From an uncultured Chitinophagaceae bacterium (GTDB lineage: Bacteria; Bacteroidota; Bacteroidia; Chitinophagales; Chitinophagaceae), in NCBI GenBank assembly GCA_963783125.1, contig CAWAMQ010000009.1, positions 5,474-69,473 of the forward strand: DNA of 64,000 bases, read 5' to 3'. The notes beneath the pieces were generated by a model that worked only from the letters and a program-made list of their open reading frames with translations, was not told where the DNA came from and did no database searches. Positions 31,015 to 40,709 of the stretch are shown here, piece after piece; positions within the stretch are counted from its first letter, which is position 1, and each line of letters opens with the position of its first letter. The position numbers were made by a program, and so were the translations under genes.

Positions 31015-31926
31015 TTAATGACTGAATAAAATCAATAATTGCTTCAGCTTTTCCTTCAGGTCTTTCCTGGAAACAATAAAATCGAGAAACCCATGTTCCA
31101 ATAAAAATTCACTTCGTTGAAATCCCGGTGGCAAATCCTTCTTTATCGTTTCTTTTATCACGCGTGGTCCGGCAAAGCCAATAAGGGCGCCTGGTTCAGC
31201 CATTATCACATCACCCAACATTGCGAAAGATGCTGTCGTTCCTCCAAACGTTGGGTCTGTGCACAAGGAAAAATAAGGGATTTTTGCATCGGTAAGCAGT
31301 GACAACCGCCCCGAAGTTTTTGCCAGTTGCATCAGCGAGAAAGCGCTTTCCATCATTCTTGCCCCACCACTTTTATTAATGATCATAAAAGGTACCTTAC
31401 GTTTGATACAATAATCACACGCAAGCGAAATCTTTTCACCCATCACGCTGCCCAGGCTGCCGCCGATAAATTCAAAATCCATGCACGCTACCACGAGTTC
31501 CATCCCATCCACTTTCCCATGCCCGACAGTTATTGAATCGTGAATGTTGGATTTGGCATAAGTTTCTTCCAAACGTTGTGCGTAAGGCTTGAGGTCTACA
31601 AAACCAAGAAAATCCTTTGACTTAATATTACTGAAAAGCTCGATGTACTGGCCTTCATCAAAAATGATATCAAAATATTCAGCGCTTCCGATCCTGTGAT
31701 GGTATTCGCACTTGGGGCACACAAATAAACTTTCCCTCAATTCAGAAACAGTACATGTATAGCGGCATTGCGGGCACTTGGTCCACAAACCATCAGGAGC
31801 TTCCTTCTTATCTTTGGTTGAAGTGGTGATTCCTTTTTTAATTCGCCTGAACCAGCTTCGTTTCGTTTCTTCCGATTCACCTTCTTCGCCCGCAAGATTT
31901 GCATCGAAATCTTCTTCTTGTTTCAT
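31015..31926 (-). CDS. accD: Acetyl-CoA carboxylase carboxyltransferase beta subunit
   Basis: KCPQC...CPKC zinc finger, GGSLGSVMGEK, SGGARMME, GFAGPRVI. Confidence 0.97.
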   Translation of the reverse strand: MKQEEDFDANLAGEEGESEETKRSWFRRIKKGITTSTKDKKEAPDGLWTKCPQCRYTCTVSELRESLFVCPKCEYHHRIGSAEYFDIIFDEGQYIELFSNIKSKDFLGFVDLKPYAQRLEETYAKSNIHDSITVGHGKVDGMELVVACMDFEFIGGSLGSVMGEKISLACDYCIKRKVPFMIINKSGGARMMESAFSLMQLAKTSGRLSLLTDAKIPYFSLCTDPTFGGTTASFAMLGDVIMAEPGALIGFAGPRVIKETIKKDLPPGFQRSEFLLEHGFLDFIVSRKDLKEKLKQLLILFSH

Positions 31927-31953
31927 AAGTCTAATCTTTTATCACAAAAAAGC

Positions 31954-33009
31954 TTACGCCACTGTGATACTGTCATCCAAATATACATCCTGTGTGGCAT
32001 TCAACAATTCAACACCTTCATTAAATGGCCGTTGGAAAGCTTTTCTTCCCAAAATCAATCCCATGCCCCCGGCGCGTTTGTTGACAACAGCAGTTTCTAC
32101 AGCTTCAGCTAAATCCGCCGAACCCGCGCTTGCACCACCACTGTTGATCAATCCGATCTTTCCTGTATAACAATTCAATACCTGGTAACGGCAAAGATCT
32201 ATCGGGTGATCTGAACTCAGATTTTCGTAAACCAAAGGGGAGGTTTTACCAAATTTCACCGCATTGTATCCACCATTGTTGGTCGGCATTTTTTGTTTAA
32301 TGATATCTGCCTGTAAAGTTACGCCCAAATGATTGGCTTGCCCCGTTAAATCAGCACTCGTTGAATAATCAGTGCCGTTTACTTTGAAAGCGTCATTACG
32401 CAGGTAACACCACAAAATAGTACACATTCCCAACTCGTGAGCACGGGCAAATGCTTCGCTCACTTCCTGCAACTGGCGGGTACTTTCGTGGCTTCCCCAA
32501 TAAACGGTGGCACCTACACCTACAGCACCCATGTCATAAGCCGTTTCAACGGAACCAAACATAGTTTGGTCATATTTATTAGGATAACTTAATAATTCAT
32601 TGTGATTGATTTTTACAATAAAAGGAATTTTATGGGCATATTTCCTGCTTAAAATTCCTAATACGCCAAAAGTAGAAGCAACCCCGTTACAACCGCCTTC
32701 AATTGCCAGTTTTACAATATTTTCAGGATCGAAATACATAGGATTAGGAGCGAAAGAAGCGCCTGCACTGTGTTCAATTCCCTGGTCAACCGGGAAAATA
32801 GAACAATAGCCTGTTCCACCGAGTCTGCCGTGGTTCATCAGTTGCTGCATGCTTCCAACAACCCGGTTGTTCCGGTCGCTTTGCACAAAAATATCATCGA
32901 TGTACGTTGGAGAAGGTAACGTAAGGGTTGATTTGTCAATTTTACATTTGTAATTCAATAAGTCTTCTGCTTTGTCGCCTAAAATCTCTGCGATCTTTTT
33001 TGATGCCAT
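31954..33009 (-). CDS. fbaB: Class I fructose-bisphosphate aldolase (DhnA/FbaB type)
   Basis: [42 protein letters not shown]. Confidence 0.96.
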   Translation of the reverse strand: MASKKIAEILGDKAEDLLNYKCKIDKSTLTLPSPTYIDDIFVQSDRNNRVVGSMQQLMNHGRLGGTGYCSIFPVDQGIEHSAGASFAPNPMYFDPENIVKLAIEGGCNGVASTFGVLGILSRKYAHKIPFIVKINHNELLSYPNKYDQTMFGSVETAYDMGAVGVGATVYWGSHESTRQLQEVSEAFARAHELGMCTILWCYLRNDAFKVNGTDYSTSADLTGQANHLGVTLQADIIKQKMPTNNGGYNAVKFGKTSPLVYENLSSDHPIDLCRYQVLNCYTGKIGLINSGGASAGSADLAEAVETAVVNKRAGGMGLILGRKAFQRPFNEGVELLNATQDVYLDDSITVA

Positions 33010-33030
33010 TGTTTAAGTTTTAATTTTCGG

Positions 33031-33038
33031 CAAAAATA
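33031..33038 (-). promoter_or_regulatory. -7 promoter box for fbaB-accD
   Basis: Minus-strand TATTTTTG 21 nt upstream of the fbaB ATG. Confidence 0.55.
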
Positions 33039-33232
33039 GGGAATTACGCGATTACCCCGTTTTTGGTTTAAAAAATAATAGATCATATTAAATAATACCT
33101 ATTGTTTTTAGAAAATCGTTGAGGATATTTAGCCAGGGAAATTCTGCCAATGAGTGTATGTAAGATGATAACTTTGGCGCTGAAGTTACTTTGTTCTCCT
33201 GCCTGTAAAAAAAACATTTACAGCCGGATTCG

Positions 33233-33901
33233 TCAATGCCGTTGGGTATCAGCCAAATTACCTGGGAGAGGTTTCGCGGAAAAAGCTTTCCTTTTGAAAG
33301 CCAGTGCTAACATCAGCATGGCAAGCGGCGCTGTAATTCCCCATGGAAAACCAAGGAAAAGTAATTTCTCTGAATAAACCGGATAAAAATAAACGAATGT
33401 AATCATGGGAGTAACAACAGCATTGGCTAAAAAAGAAATTCTGACCCATTTTTGAAAGCCGTGTTTTTCAAAAACAGGAAGAGCTATCAGCATTGCCAAT
33501 CCCATAAATATGTAGCCGAGTGCGTCAAAGTCCCAAAAAAGCGAATGTGGTGTTTGATCAAGAACACTGATTTCATCAGCAACACCCTTAAGCTTTGCAG
33601 GAATTACCGTTGCCAGTTGAACCACATAATTAGCAACAACAAATACCGAATAAATAATTGAAAAGATTAAAGCTCCGTGGCTCCAAAACTTCTTATCCGC
33701 CGGTGATAAATAGTGAAGGGCAAGTACTTCAAGAAGAAAAGGTATAACAATAAAAAGGGACGTTCCGTATATCAAAATTTCGTCCAGGGGAAAGGTAAAA
33801 ACTCCAATGATTTGCAACGTTTGAACAACCACGTAAGCTATCGTTGCGCCAAATGCTATAAGTCCTGACAAAAAGCCTGTTTTGTAAATCACTTCGTCCA
33901 T
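33233..33901 (-). CDS. Hypothetical multi-pass membrane protein
   Basis: 222 aa, about 6 TM helices, no recognised catalytic motif. Confidence 0.75.
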   Translation of the reverse strand: MDEVIYKTGFLSGLIAFGATIAYVVVQTLQIIGVFTFPLDEILIYGTSLFIVIPFLLEVLALHYLSPADKKFWSHGALIFSIIYSVFVVANYVVQLATVIPAKLKGVADEISVLDQTPHSLFWDFDALGYIFMGLAMLIALPVFEKHGFQKWVRISFLANAVVTPMITFVYFYPVYSEKLLFLGFPWGITAPLAMLMLALAFKRKAFSAKPLPGNLADTQRH

Positions 33902-34065
33902 CAGTTGGGAGATAATCTTTAAAACAAAGGTAAACGAGCGATAAATTTTAAAAGATGATTTTCGTCAGATGGTAGAACTATTGTGTGTCATTTTGTGTAA
34001 GAGGCCAAGATTAGTGTCATGGTCGGGAAACCTGCGCAATTGGATCAATATCCCCGTACGGATCG

Positions 34066-34569
34066 TCATGACCCTCGCACGAAATGACTAAGATAAATTG
34101 AGATAGATAATAGGAACAAAAATGATCCGGCCAAAATAATAACAATGTCCAATTTTTTAGTACTAATAAACTTATTGCCTATATCGTATAATTTCAGTCC
34201 AAGAAAACCTCCGAGCGTATTGGTAATTACATCGGTTATGTCGCTGGCCCCAATGGCAAAGATGTATTGAATCATTTCAGCAGCAAGACTAAAAGCCAGT
34301 ATAAAAACAAGCTTGCGAACAAAGCCTGTTTTTTTGAAATTAACACTTAAAAGCAAGCCGAAGGGAATAAAGAATAAACAATTATCTATGATCTCTCCGT
34401 AATTTATTTTTCCCCTTACGATTGAAGGAGCAGCAAATGGAATAAGGTTAAGGCTTCTATGGTGGTAATGAAGTACTGACGCAATATTGAATTTAAGTTT
34501 AAATAACACTAACCAGGTTAATACCACTAAATACACAGCCAGCAATCCCTTGAACCATATTTTTTTCAT
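34066..34569 (-). CDS. VanZ family membrane protein
   Basis: SLNLIPF, DNCLFFIPFGLL, AEMIQYIFAIGASDITDVITNTLGG; probable start ATG 34569. Confidence 0.88.
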   Translation of the reverse strand: MKKIWFKGLLAVYLVVLTWLVLFKLKFNIASVLHYHHRSLNLIPFAAPSIVRGKINYGEIIDNCLFFIPFGLLLSVNFKKTGFVRKLVFILAFSLAAEMIQYIFAIGASDITDVITNTLGGFLGLKLYDIGNKFISTKKLDIVIILAGSFLFLLSISIYLSHFVRGS

Positions 34570-34889
34570 ATCCTGATTTGAATGCAATAGTATCCGGCCG
34601 TTCTTTTCTCACAGGTAACAATTACTAAATAAAAATACCAAATAAAAGTTCATTTACTGTCTTCTTACTTAGAGGAATGTCGCGTACCAGAGACGTTCCC
34701 GCGGAAAAAGTCGTTGTTTAATTGTTGAGATATTAACTCGGGACATAATTTTATCATTACACTTCCCGAAACTAAATCGTGAATAGCTCGCATTTTTTAG
34801 ATTACTGTTAATGAATCATCGCCGTATCCCGCCGCGCTAACGGTCGGAGTGGAGGCATGGCTTCGGCAAAAAAACTCCTCTTATCAATT

Positions 34890-35531
34890 CTATATTTTAC
34901 CAAACAAACCTACAAATTCTCCATTCGTCAATTGTTTCATTTCACCAGTGTTGGTATTATATAGTTTACATGAGAACTGCAATTTTACCGATAGATAGTA
35001 ATCTATGGGGCTTTGTGAATCCTGTTCACTAATAATTTTGATGGTACTGCCGGTTTGATCGCCGGTGCCGCTGGAAGTATTCCATTCTGTGCCATTCTCA
35101 TCAATCCAGGTCACGATAAAGCCATCACCATTTTTATATGGATCATAGTCAGGGCCGGTAGTATAATTATAGCTTCCCGGCGTAAAATAATCATAGAACT
35201 GCTGGTCGGTAAGGGAAAGATAATTATGCAATATTCCTTTTGTGATATCCATGTAAGTTCTGTTGGCCCCATATTGGGAATTTGACGGGCTGATAGTTGC
35301 AGAAACGGTTACGTCGTCAGTTCCTCCCAGGGCAGAACCTGCTTCATAGCCATTGGTTTGAGTAACTGTTTGTGCATAGGCTGTACCGCCAATGGTTGCC
35401 TTAAAATAATAAGTAGACGTATCGGTTTTATTATTTTTCCCCTTTTTGCAACCCGAAAAAATGAATGAAGAAGAGAGAAGAATTGCAGAGAGAAATAAAA
35501 GCAGGGCGTTTTGATTTGTTTTGATTTTCAT
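34890..35531 (-). CDS. Hypothetical lipoprotein
   Basis: Lipobox FSGC followed by KKGK; Thr/Gly/Tyr-rich beta-type body. Confidence 0.8.
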   Translation of the reverse strand: MKIKTNQNALLLFLSAILLSSSFIFSGCKKGKNNKTDTSTYYFKATIGGTAYAQTVTQTNGYEAGSALGGTDDVTVSATISPSNSQYGANRTYMDITKGILHNYLSLTDQQFYDYFTPGSYNYTTGPDYDPYKNGDGFIVTWIDENGTEWNTSSGTGDQTGSTIKIISEQDSQSPIDYYLSVKLQFSCKLYNTNTGEMKQLTNGEFVGLFGKI

Positions 35532-35768
35532 TTTAAGCAGTTGTTTTTTATTTTAGCAATGGTATATGTTAGTGAGAGTGGGTAGCACCTATCTCATAAA
35601 GAAAGCGTTGGTAATTTAGGAGATAATTGCTTACGAAGTCGCTTGTCGCTCATTAACAAAAAACAAAGTAAATTAAAATTTTGATTAGTAAGATCATTTT
35701 TTTTAGAAAAAGGTAATTATTATTAAAAGAAAAAGTTACGGGGGTCACCGGCAGGGCACCAGTTGCGA

Positions 35769-36089
35769 GTGCTGAAGACTTAGACACAAAGCAATCGCCA
35801 ACAATATTTACAAAATAAAAACACCCAATAAAAGTAGGTTTACTTTTCAACCGCAAAGGTCGCAAAGATTTTACGCAATGCCCGCAAGGTGCTATTAGAT
35901 CGAAGAACCTTTGCGTTCCTGGCGCTTTCTTTGCGTGCATTGCGGTCCGGTTTTAACCGCCATGAATATTGTATAAATATGAAAATAAAAATATCAAATA
36001 AAAGTTGGTTTACTGCAACTATAGCCTACGTCTGGATTTGCTAAAGGTATAGTAACGAACAGTCACAGGTCAATAGACCTGCGCCAGTT
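35769..36089 (+). repeat. ~320-bp direct repeat, copy 1 (copy 2 at 36759-37077)
   Basis: Collinear match including an identical core TTTACTTTTCAACCGCAAAGGTCGCAAAGATTTTACGCAATGCCCGCAAGGTGCTATTAGAT. Confidence 0.9.
35849..35946. repeat. CGCAAAG-type REP-like inverted repeat (second copy 36838-36940)
   Basis: Left arm CCGCAAAGGTCGCAAAG...CGCAATG..CGCAAGG; right arm CCTTTGCG...CTTTGCGTGCATTGCGG. Confidence 0.7.
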
Positions 36090-36291
36090 GCGAGTGCCGA
36101 AGACTTAGCCGCAGGGCAATCACCAGCAACATTTGCACAATAAAATACCCAATAAAAGTTTGTTTACGGCGACTCTTAAAATTAAGTGCCGTTGGTCGGA
36201 AGACCAGCCGGCGGCACAACTCCCAAATGGATAACTTCAAACAACCGGAACACCCACAGAGGCAAAGTGCCGGAGATGTCCCTGGGAGAAA

Positions 36292-36717
36292 TTATTTTGT
36301 TACTCTTTTCATACCGTTTGTGATTCCGCCTTTAATCATATTTCCATATCCATCGTCAGGTAACAAGTAGGTGAACGAAAGCGCTAATTCATAATTCCTT
36401 TTTGCATTATCAGGATCGTTTAAATCTTCGTAGCATTTAGCTACGTTTAAATATAATGAAGGAAAAGTTCCTTTGATTGTGTCGTCATTTATTTTTAAAG
36501 CCCACTGTAAAGCTGTTACGTCCCATTTCAATTTGTCGGCTGCACTTTTTTGATGTCGGGCTACATAATGAGCGGCAGTAAATTTTTCAAAGTCATTTGT
36601 TGCCTCGTCCCATGCTTTCAGAAAGAGTTTGCTTGCTTCTTCTAATTTACCTTGTCCTTCCATGTCCATTCCCAGGGCACAGAGTTTAACTATTTGGTTG
36701 TTTGGATCGAATTCCAT
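36292..36717 (-). CDS. TPR-like helical protein
   Basis: 141 aa of helical repeats (EEASKLFLKAWDEA; SLYLNVAKCYEDLNDPDNAKRNYELAL). Confidence 0.82.
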   Translation of the reverse strand: MEFDPNNQIVKLCALGMDMEGQGKLEEASKLFLKAWDEATNDFEKFTAAHYVARHQKSAADKLKWDVTALQWALKINDDTIKGTFPSLYLNVAKCYEDLNDPDNAKRNYELALSFTYLLPDDGYGNMIKGGITNGMKRVTK

Positions 36718-36758
36718 TTTCTAATTATTTCGTCTTTTTTCCGGCGTTGTTGGTGTTC

Positions 36759-37077
36759 GTGCTGATGACTTAGACGCGGGCAATCACTAACAACATTTAC
36801 AAAATAAAAATACCTAATAAAAGTTGGTTTACTTTTCAACCGCAAAGGTCGCAAAGATTTTACGCAATGCCCGCAAGGTGCTATTAGATAGAAGAATCTT
36901 TGCGCTCCTGGCGCCTTCTTAGCGTGCTTTTCATTCCGGTCTTAACCCCCATGAATATTGCATAAATATGAAAATAAAAATATCAAATAAAAGCTTGTTT
37001 ACTGAATTTATAGCGTAGGTCTGGATTTCTAACGATATAGTGACGAATAGTTACAGGTCAAGAGACCTGCGCCAGTT
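36759..37077 (+). repeat. ~320-bp direct repeat, copy 2
   Basis: Homologous to 35769-36089 with scattered substitutions. Confidence 0.9.
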
Positions 37078-37147
37078 ATATATTGTATAAATATGAAAAT
37101 AAAAATATCAAATAAAAGTGGATTTACTATAGTCTTCTCTGAATTAA

Positions 37148-37178
37148 AAAACCGCTCCAAACATTGAAACGGTTTTTA
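37148..37178 (-). terminator. Intrinsic terminator after the amino acid permease
   Basis: AAAAACCG...CGGTTTTT hairpin about 20 nt past the stop codon. Confidence 0.5.
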
Positions 37179-37198
37179 TAAATATTAATTAGAGGCAA

Positions 37199-38761
37199 TT
37201 AAATAAGCGGTGGAATATCTTCCGGAACCTCATGGGCCTCTTCCCGGTCATCATAAGGATATTTATCCGGGTTTCTTAAGCGGCTGTGATGGCGGCTATA
37301 TCCGAAATAGATAATAAAACCGATGAGTAACCAACCAAAAAGACGTACCCAGTTGGTCCAACCCAATCCGAAGATCATCGCTGCGCAAACTACAATTCCT
37401 GCAATAGAAATTACTTTAAACGCAGGAACCCTGAAACCTCTTGGTATCTCTGGATGTTTTACACGCATGATCCATACGCCTGCACACACAAGGATGAAGG
37501 CAAACAAAGTTCCGATACTGGTCATATCACCCACAATATCGCCGGGAATAAAGGTGGCAAAAGACCCCACCAGTAAAAGGAAAATCAAATTTGATTTGTA
37601 AGGTGTTTTGAATTTCGGATGAATATCAGCGAAAACTTTTGGCACCAATCCATCTTTACTCATCGAATAAAATACCCTCGACTGTCCCATAAGCATTACG
37701 AGGATCACGGAAGAAAATCCCAGCAAGATCGCGATGGTGACCAGGTCGCTGAGCCACTGGAATGCCGGAACCCAAACACCACCAACCATTGAGCCACTCA
37801 TGTGCTCGATAGCATATACAACGGAAGCTTCACTACCGGTGGTTCTGAATTCTTCTACCGAGGCAACACCTGTAAGTACGTATGAAAATAAGATGTATAA
37901 AATAGTACAAATAACTAATGAACCTAAAATACCAATTGGCATATCCCTGCTTGGGTTTTTGGTTTCCTGCGCTGCAGTAGACACAGCATCGAAACCAATG
38001 AAGGCAAAGAAGACGACGCCCGCCGCGCCAAGTATTCCGAGAATTCCTCCGTAATGGTAGGAGATACCCATATGATCAGTATAGATAGTTGGTTCAGGTA
38101 TAAATGGAGTATGGTTCGCCGGCTTCATATATTGCCAGCCCACCACAATTACTACTATTACAATAGCCACTTTTAAAAGAACAATAATCCCGTTTACCAC
38201 GGCCGATTCCTGCATTCCCCTTATCAATAAAAGCGAAAGGATAATCACAATGCCAAGAGCGGGCAGGTTTACTATTCCATGATGCAGGTGATCCGTCGAG
38301 ACATTAAAAGGCGAATGGCACCATTCATACGGGACCTGGACATGAAAAATTTCAAGGAATTTATTAAAATATTCTGCCCATGCAATTGCCACAGTTGCCG
38401 CACCTACTCCATACTCCAGCACAAGATCCCAGCCGATGATCCACGCGATAAATTCGCCCATCGTGGCATAAGAATACGTATATGCACTACCGGCAATCGG
38501 GATCATAGAAGCAAATTCTGCATAGCATAATCCTGCAAAGGCGCACCCAAGCGATGCGATTACAAAACCGTAGGTTACAGAAGGACCGGCGTGTTGGGCG
38601 GCCGCCGCGGCGGTCCTTACAAACAAACCGGCGCCAATGATAGCGCCAATACCGAGGGCAATAAGATTTAAAGGCCCTAACGTTCTTTTTAATGTATTTT
38701 CAGATTCACCTGCTTCGTGCATTAAATGACTTACAGGCTTCGTGATAAATAGACTACTCAT
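37199..38761 (-). CDS. APC-family amino acid permease
   Basis: LGIGAIIGAGLFV, CYAEFASMIP.AGSAYTY, FFAFIGFDAVSTAAQETKNP. Confidence 0.95.
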   Translation of the reverse strand: MSSLFITKPVSHLMHEAGESENTLKRTLGPLNLIALGIGAIIGAGLFVRTAAAAAQHAGPSVTYGFVIASLGCAFAGLCYAEFASMIPIAGSAYTYSYATMGEFIAWIIGWDLVLEYGVGAATVAIAWAEYFNKFLEIFHVQVPYEWCHSPFNVSTDHLHHGIVNLPALGIVIILSLLLIRGMQESAVVNGIIVLLKVAIVIVVIVVGWQYMKPANHTPFIPEPTIYTDHMGISYHYGGILGILGAAGVVFFAFIGFDAVSTAAQETKNPSRDMPIGILGSLVICTILYILFSYVLTGVASVEEFRTTGSEASVVYAIEHMSGSMVGGVWVPAFQWLSDLVTIAILLGFSSVILVMLMGQSRVFYSMSKDGLVPKVFADIHPKFKTPYKSNLIFLLLVGSFATFIPGDIVGDMTSIGTLFAFILVCAGVWIMRVKHPEIPRGFRVPAFKVISIAGIVVCAAMIFGLGWTNWVRLFGWLLIGFIIYFGYSRHHSRLRNPDKYPYDDREEAHEVPEDIPPLI

Positions 38762-38937
38762 CGTATTTCTGCGGAGTTTTAATTTTTAAAAGATTGAAAA
38801 ATAAAGAAATAAAATTAAATCGTAAATAAGAAATTGTTTCGGACTAGTATTAAATAACCGGAAAAGTAAGGAATAAATTAAAAACGCGGGAAAAAGTTTT
38901 TCTATGGCAACCGGGTTTTGCTGGAACGCGGGGTTAA

Positions 38938-39936
38938 TCACACCAATAAAGCGCCGGTGGTATCAACGTTTTTATTATGCAATAATTGATGAACATTATT
39001 CAAAGTAACGTCAGTGATTTGTTCCAACGCTTCTTTGGTAAAGAAGGCCTGGTGGGCGGTTACCAATACATTCGGGAAACTCATTAAAAGTTGCAATGTG
39101 TCGTCGGCAATAATATTTTCAGACAGATCGCGGAAAAATATTTTTTCTTCCTGCTCGTACACATCAATCCCCAGGTAGCCCAATTGTTGTTCTTTAAGCG
39201 CTTCAATCACAGCGGGCGTGTCAATCAACCCACCGCGGCTTGTATTTATGAGCATCGCGCCTTTTTTCATGGTGGCAAGCGTTTTGGCATTGATGAGGTG
39301 GTGTGTCTGCGGCATCAACGGGCAATGAAGTGAAACTATATCGGACTGCTTTAAAACTTCATTAAGCGGCAAATATTGAACACCTTTTTGGATCAGGTGC
39401 GGACTTTGGTTTACATCATACGCAATCACCTGGCAACCCATTCCCTGCATGATCTTGCAAAACTCGGCACCAATATGACCTGTTCCGATCACACCTACGG
39501 TTTTACCTTTCATGGTAAAACCCAATAAACCATGCAATGAAAAATTTTGTTCCCTCACGCGGTTATAAGCCTTGTGCGTTTTTCGGTTCAGCGTAAGGAT
39601 CATAGCCAGCGCGTGCTCTGCAACAGCCTCGGGAGAATACGCGGGTACACGGCAAACTTTTATATGATGTGCTTTGGCGGCATCGAGATCCACGTTGTTA
39701 AAACCGGCACATCGTAATGCAATTACTTTTACGCCTTTTTGAGCCAACACTGCAATCACCTGTTTGTTCACTTTATCATTTACAAAAACGCAGATTGCGT
39801 CTGCAGGCTCAACGGCCTGCACAATATGCGGCCCAAGGTGGGTTTCAAAAAAAGTAAATTCAAAGTTGAATGTTGAATTACCCTTGATAAAAAATTCTTT
39901 GTCGTAAGGTTTTGCAGAAAAAAAAGTAATCCTCAT
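38938..39936 (-). CDS. ldhA: D-lactate dehydrogenase-like 2-hydroxyacid dehydrogenase
   Basis: LRCAGFNNVD, VPAYSPEAVAEH, GTGHIG, LINTSRG, DVYEQE, TAHQAFFT. Confidence 0.9.
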   Translation of the reverse strand: MRITFFSAKPYDKEFFIKGNSTFNFEFTFFETHLGPHIVQAVEPADAICVFVNDKVNKQVIAVLAQKGVKVIALRCAGFNNVDLDAAKAHHIKVCRVPAYSPEAVAEHALAMILTLNRKTHKAYNRVREQNFSLHGLLGFTMKGKTVGVIGTGHIGAEFCKIMQGMGCQVIAYDVNQSPHLIQKGVQYLPLNEVLKQSDIVSLHCPLMPQTHHLINAKTLATMKKGAMLINTSRGGLIDTPAVIEALKEQQLGYLGIDVYEQEEKIFFRDLSENIIADDTLQLLMSFPNVLVTAHQAFFTKEALEQITDVTLNNVHQLLHNKNVDTTGALLV

Positions 39937-39972
39937 CCGGTAAAGATAATTAAGCTTTTTATTCAGGGCGCA

Positions 39973-40485
39973 TTATGGATTTACTTCGGGATTGATGGTT
40001 GAAGTTTCTCCTGTCTGATCCCGTTTGGCGGTATTCGAAAGTAAAAAGGAAACAAAAGATCCTGCAGCTACATTTCCGAAAACAGCATCCATAAATAAAA
40101 TGAACATCAATGCATGACCGTTTTCCATTAATGCGGGCGCAGGCTTACCAAGTTCGGTGGCAGTTTGGCTGACGGTTGCATAGCCAACGGGCTTCATTAT
40201 CGCAAGAAGAATAAAAATGGCAACGCAGGAGAGCAATATTCCCATAACGGTGGTAATATGTCCGGCGGCAATCATCATTTTTGTCATTGCATTTTTGTTT
40301 CGTTTTTTATTGAAGTTTAAAATAAAAACTACAATTACAAGCGCAAAAGCCACATTGCCGATATAGAGAATATAAGTTTGGGCATAATTATCAATTCCAA
40401 GGAAAATACCTACGGAAACAAGATAAAGTATGGCTGCCACGATTGAATATTTTAGATAAGAAAGGATTTGGTCTTTAGTAAACAT
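39973..40485 (-). CDS. Hypothetical 4-TM membrane protein
   Basis: 170 aa, hydrophobic helices. Confidence 0.72.
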   Translation of the reverse strand: MFTKDQILSYLKYSIVAAILYLVSVGIFLGIDNYAQTYILYIGNVAFALVIVVFILNFNKKRNKNAMTKMMIAAGHITTVMGILLSCVAIFILLAIMKPVGYATVSQTATELGKPAPALMENGHALMFILFMDAVFGNVAAGSFVSFLLSNTAKRDQTGETSTINPEVNP

Positions 40486-40709
40486 GACGATATTTTTCAG
40501 GTTAAAAAATCTAATTAGCTACCCCGGCTGAGCAATTTCCTGGTGGGGGCCCCAACCGTAAATGGGTTAAACTCAATTTTTTTTGCAACAGAAATCGTGC
40601 TAATTTGTTCGTTTACTATATCTGCCGCCTTTTTAAAACTAAATCGTTGCATAAAATGCACTTATCGCAGTATTCCTTAGTTTTGGCAATTATCATCTGA
40701 CTGATTTTT

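Larger units (their letters stand above)
34617..37127. repeat. Modular repeat array: seven related ends AAAATAAAAAYAYCHAATAAAAG-N3-(G/A)TTTAC
   Basis: Terminal hexamers at 34652, 35838, 36008, 36162, 36827, 36997 and 37122; unit lengths 1186, 170, 154, 665, 170 and 125 bp. Confidence 0.85.

Noticed and set aside
35653-35940. 95-aa ORF from the ORF track
   Set aside because: It runs antisense through the REP-like element and repeat ends and has low-complexity composition; likely spurious.
35759-37127. CRISPR array
   Set aside because: Repeat ends are degenerate and AT-rich, units vary from 125 to 1186 bp, several 'spacers' are homologous to each other, and no cas genes are present.
34617-37127. 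Canonical integron/CALIN attC array
   Set aside because: No RYYYAAC...GTTRRRY paired cores bounding the units and no intI in the window; kept only as an analogy.
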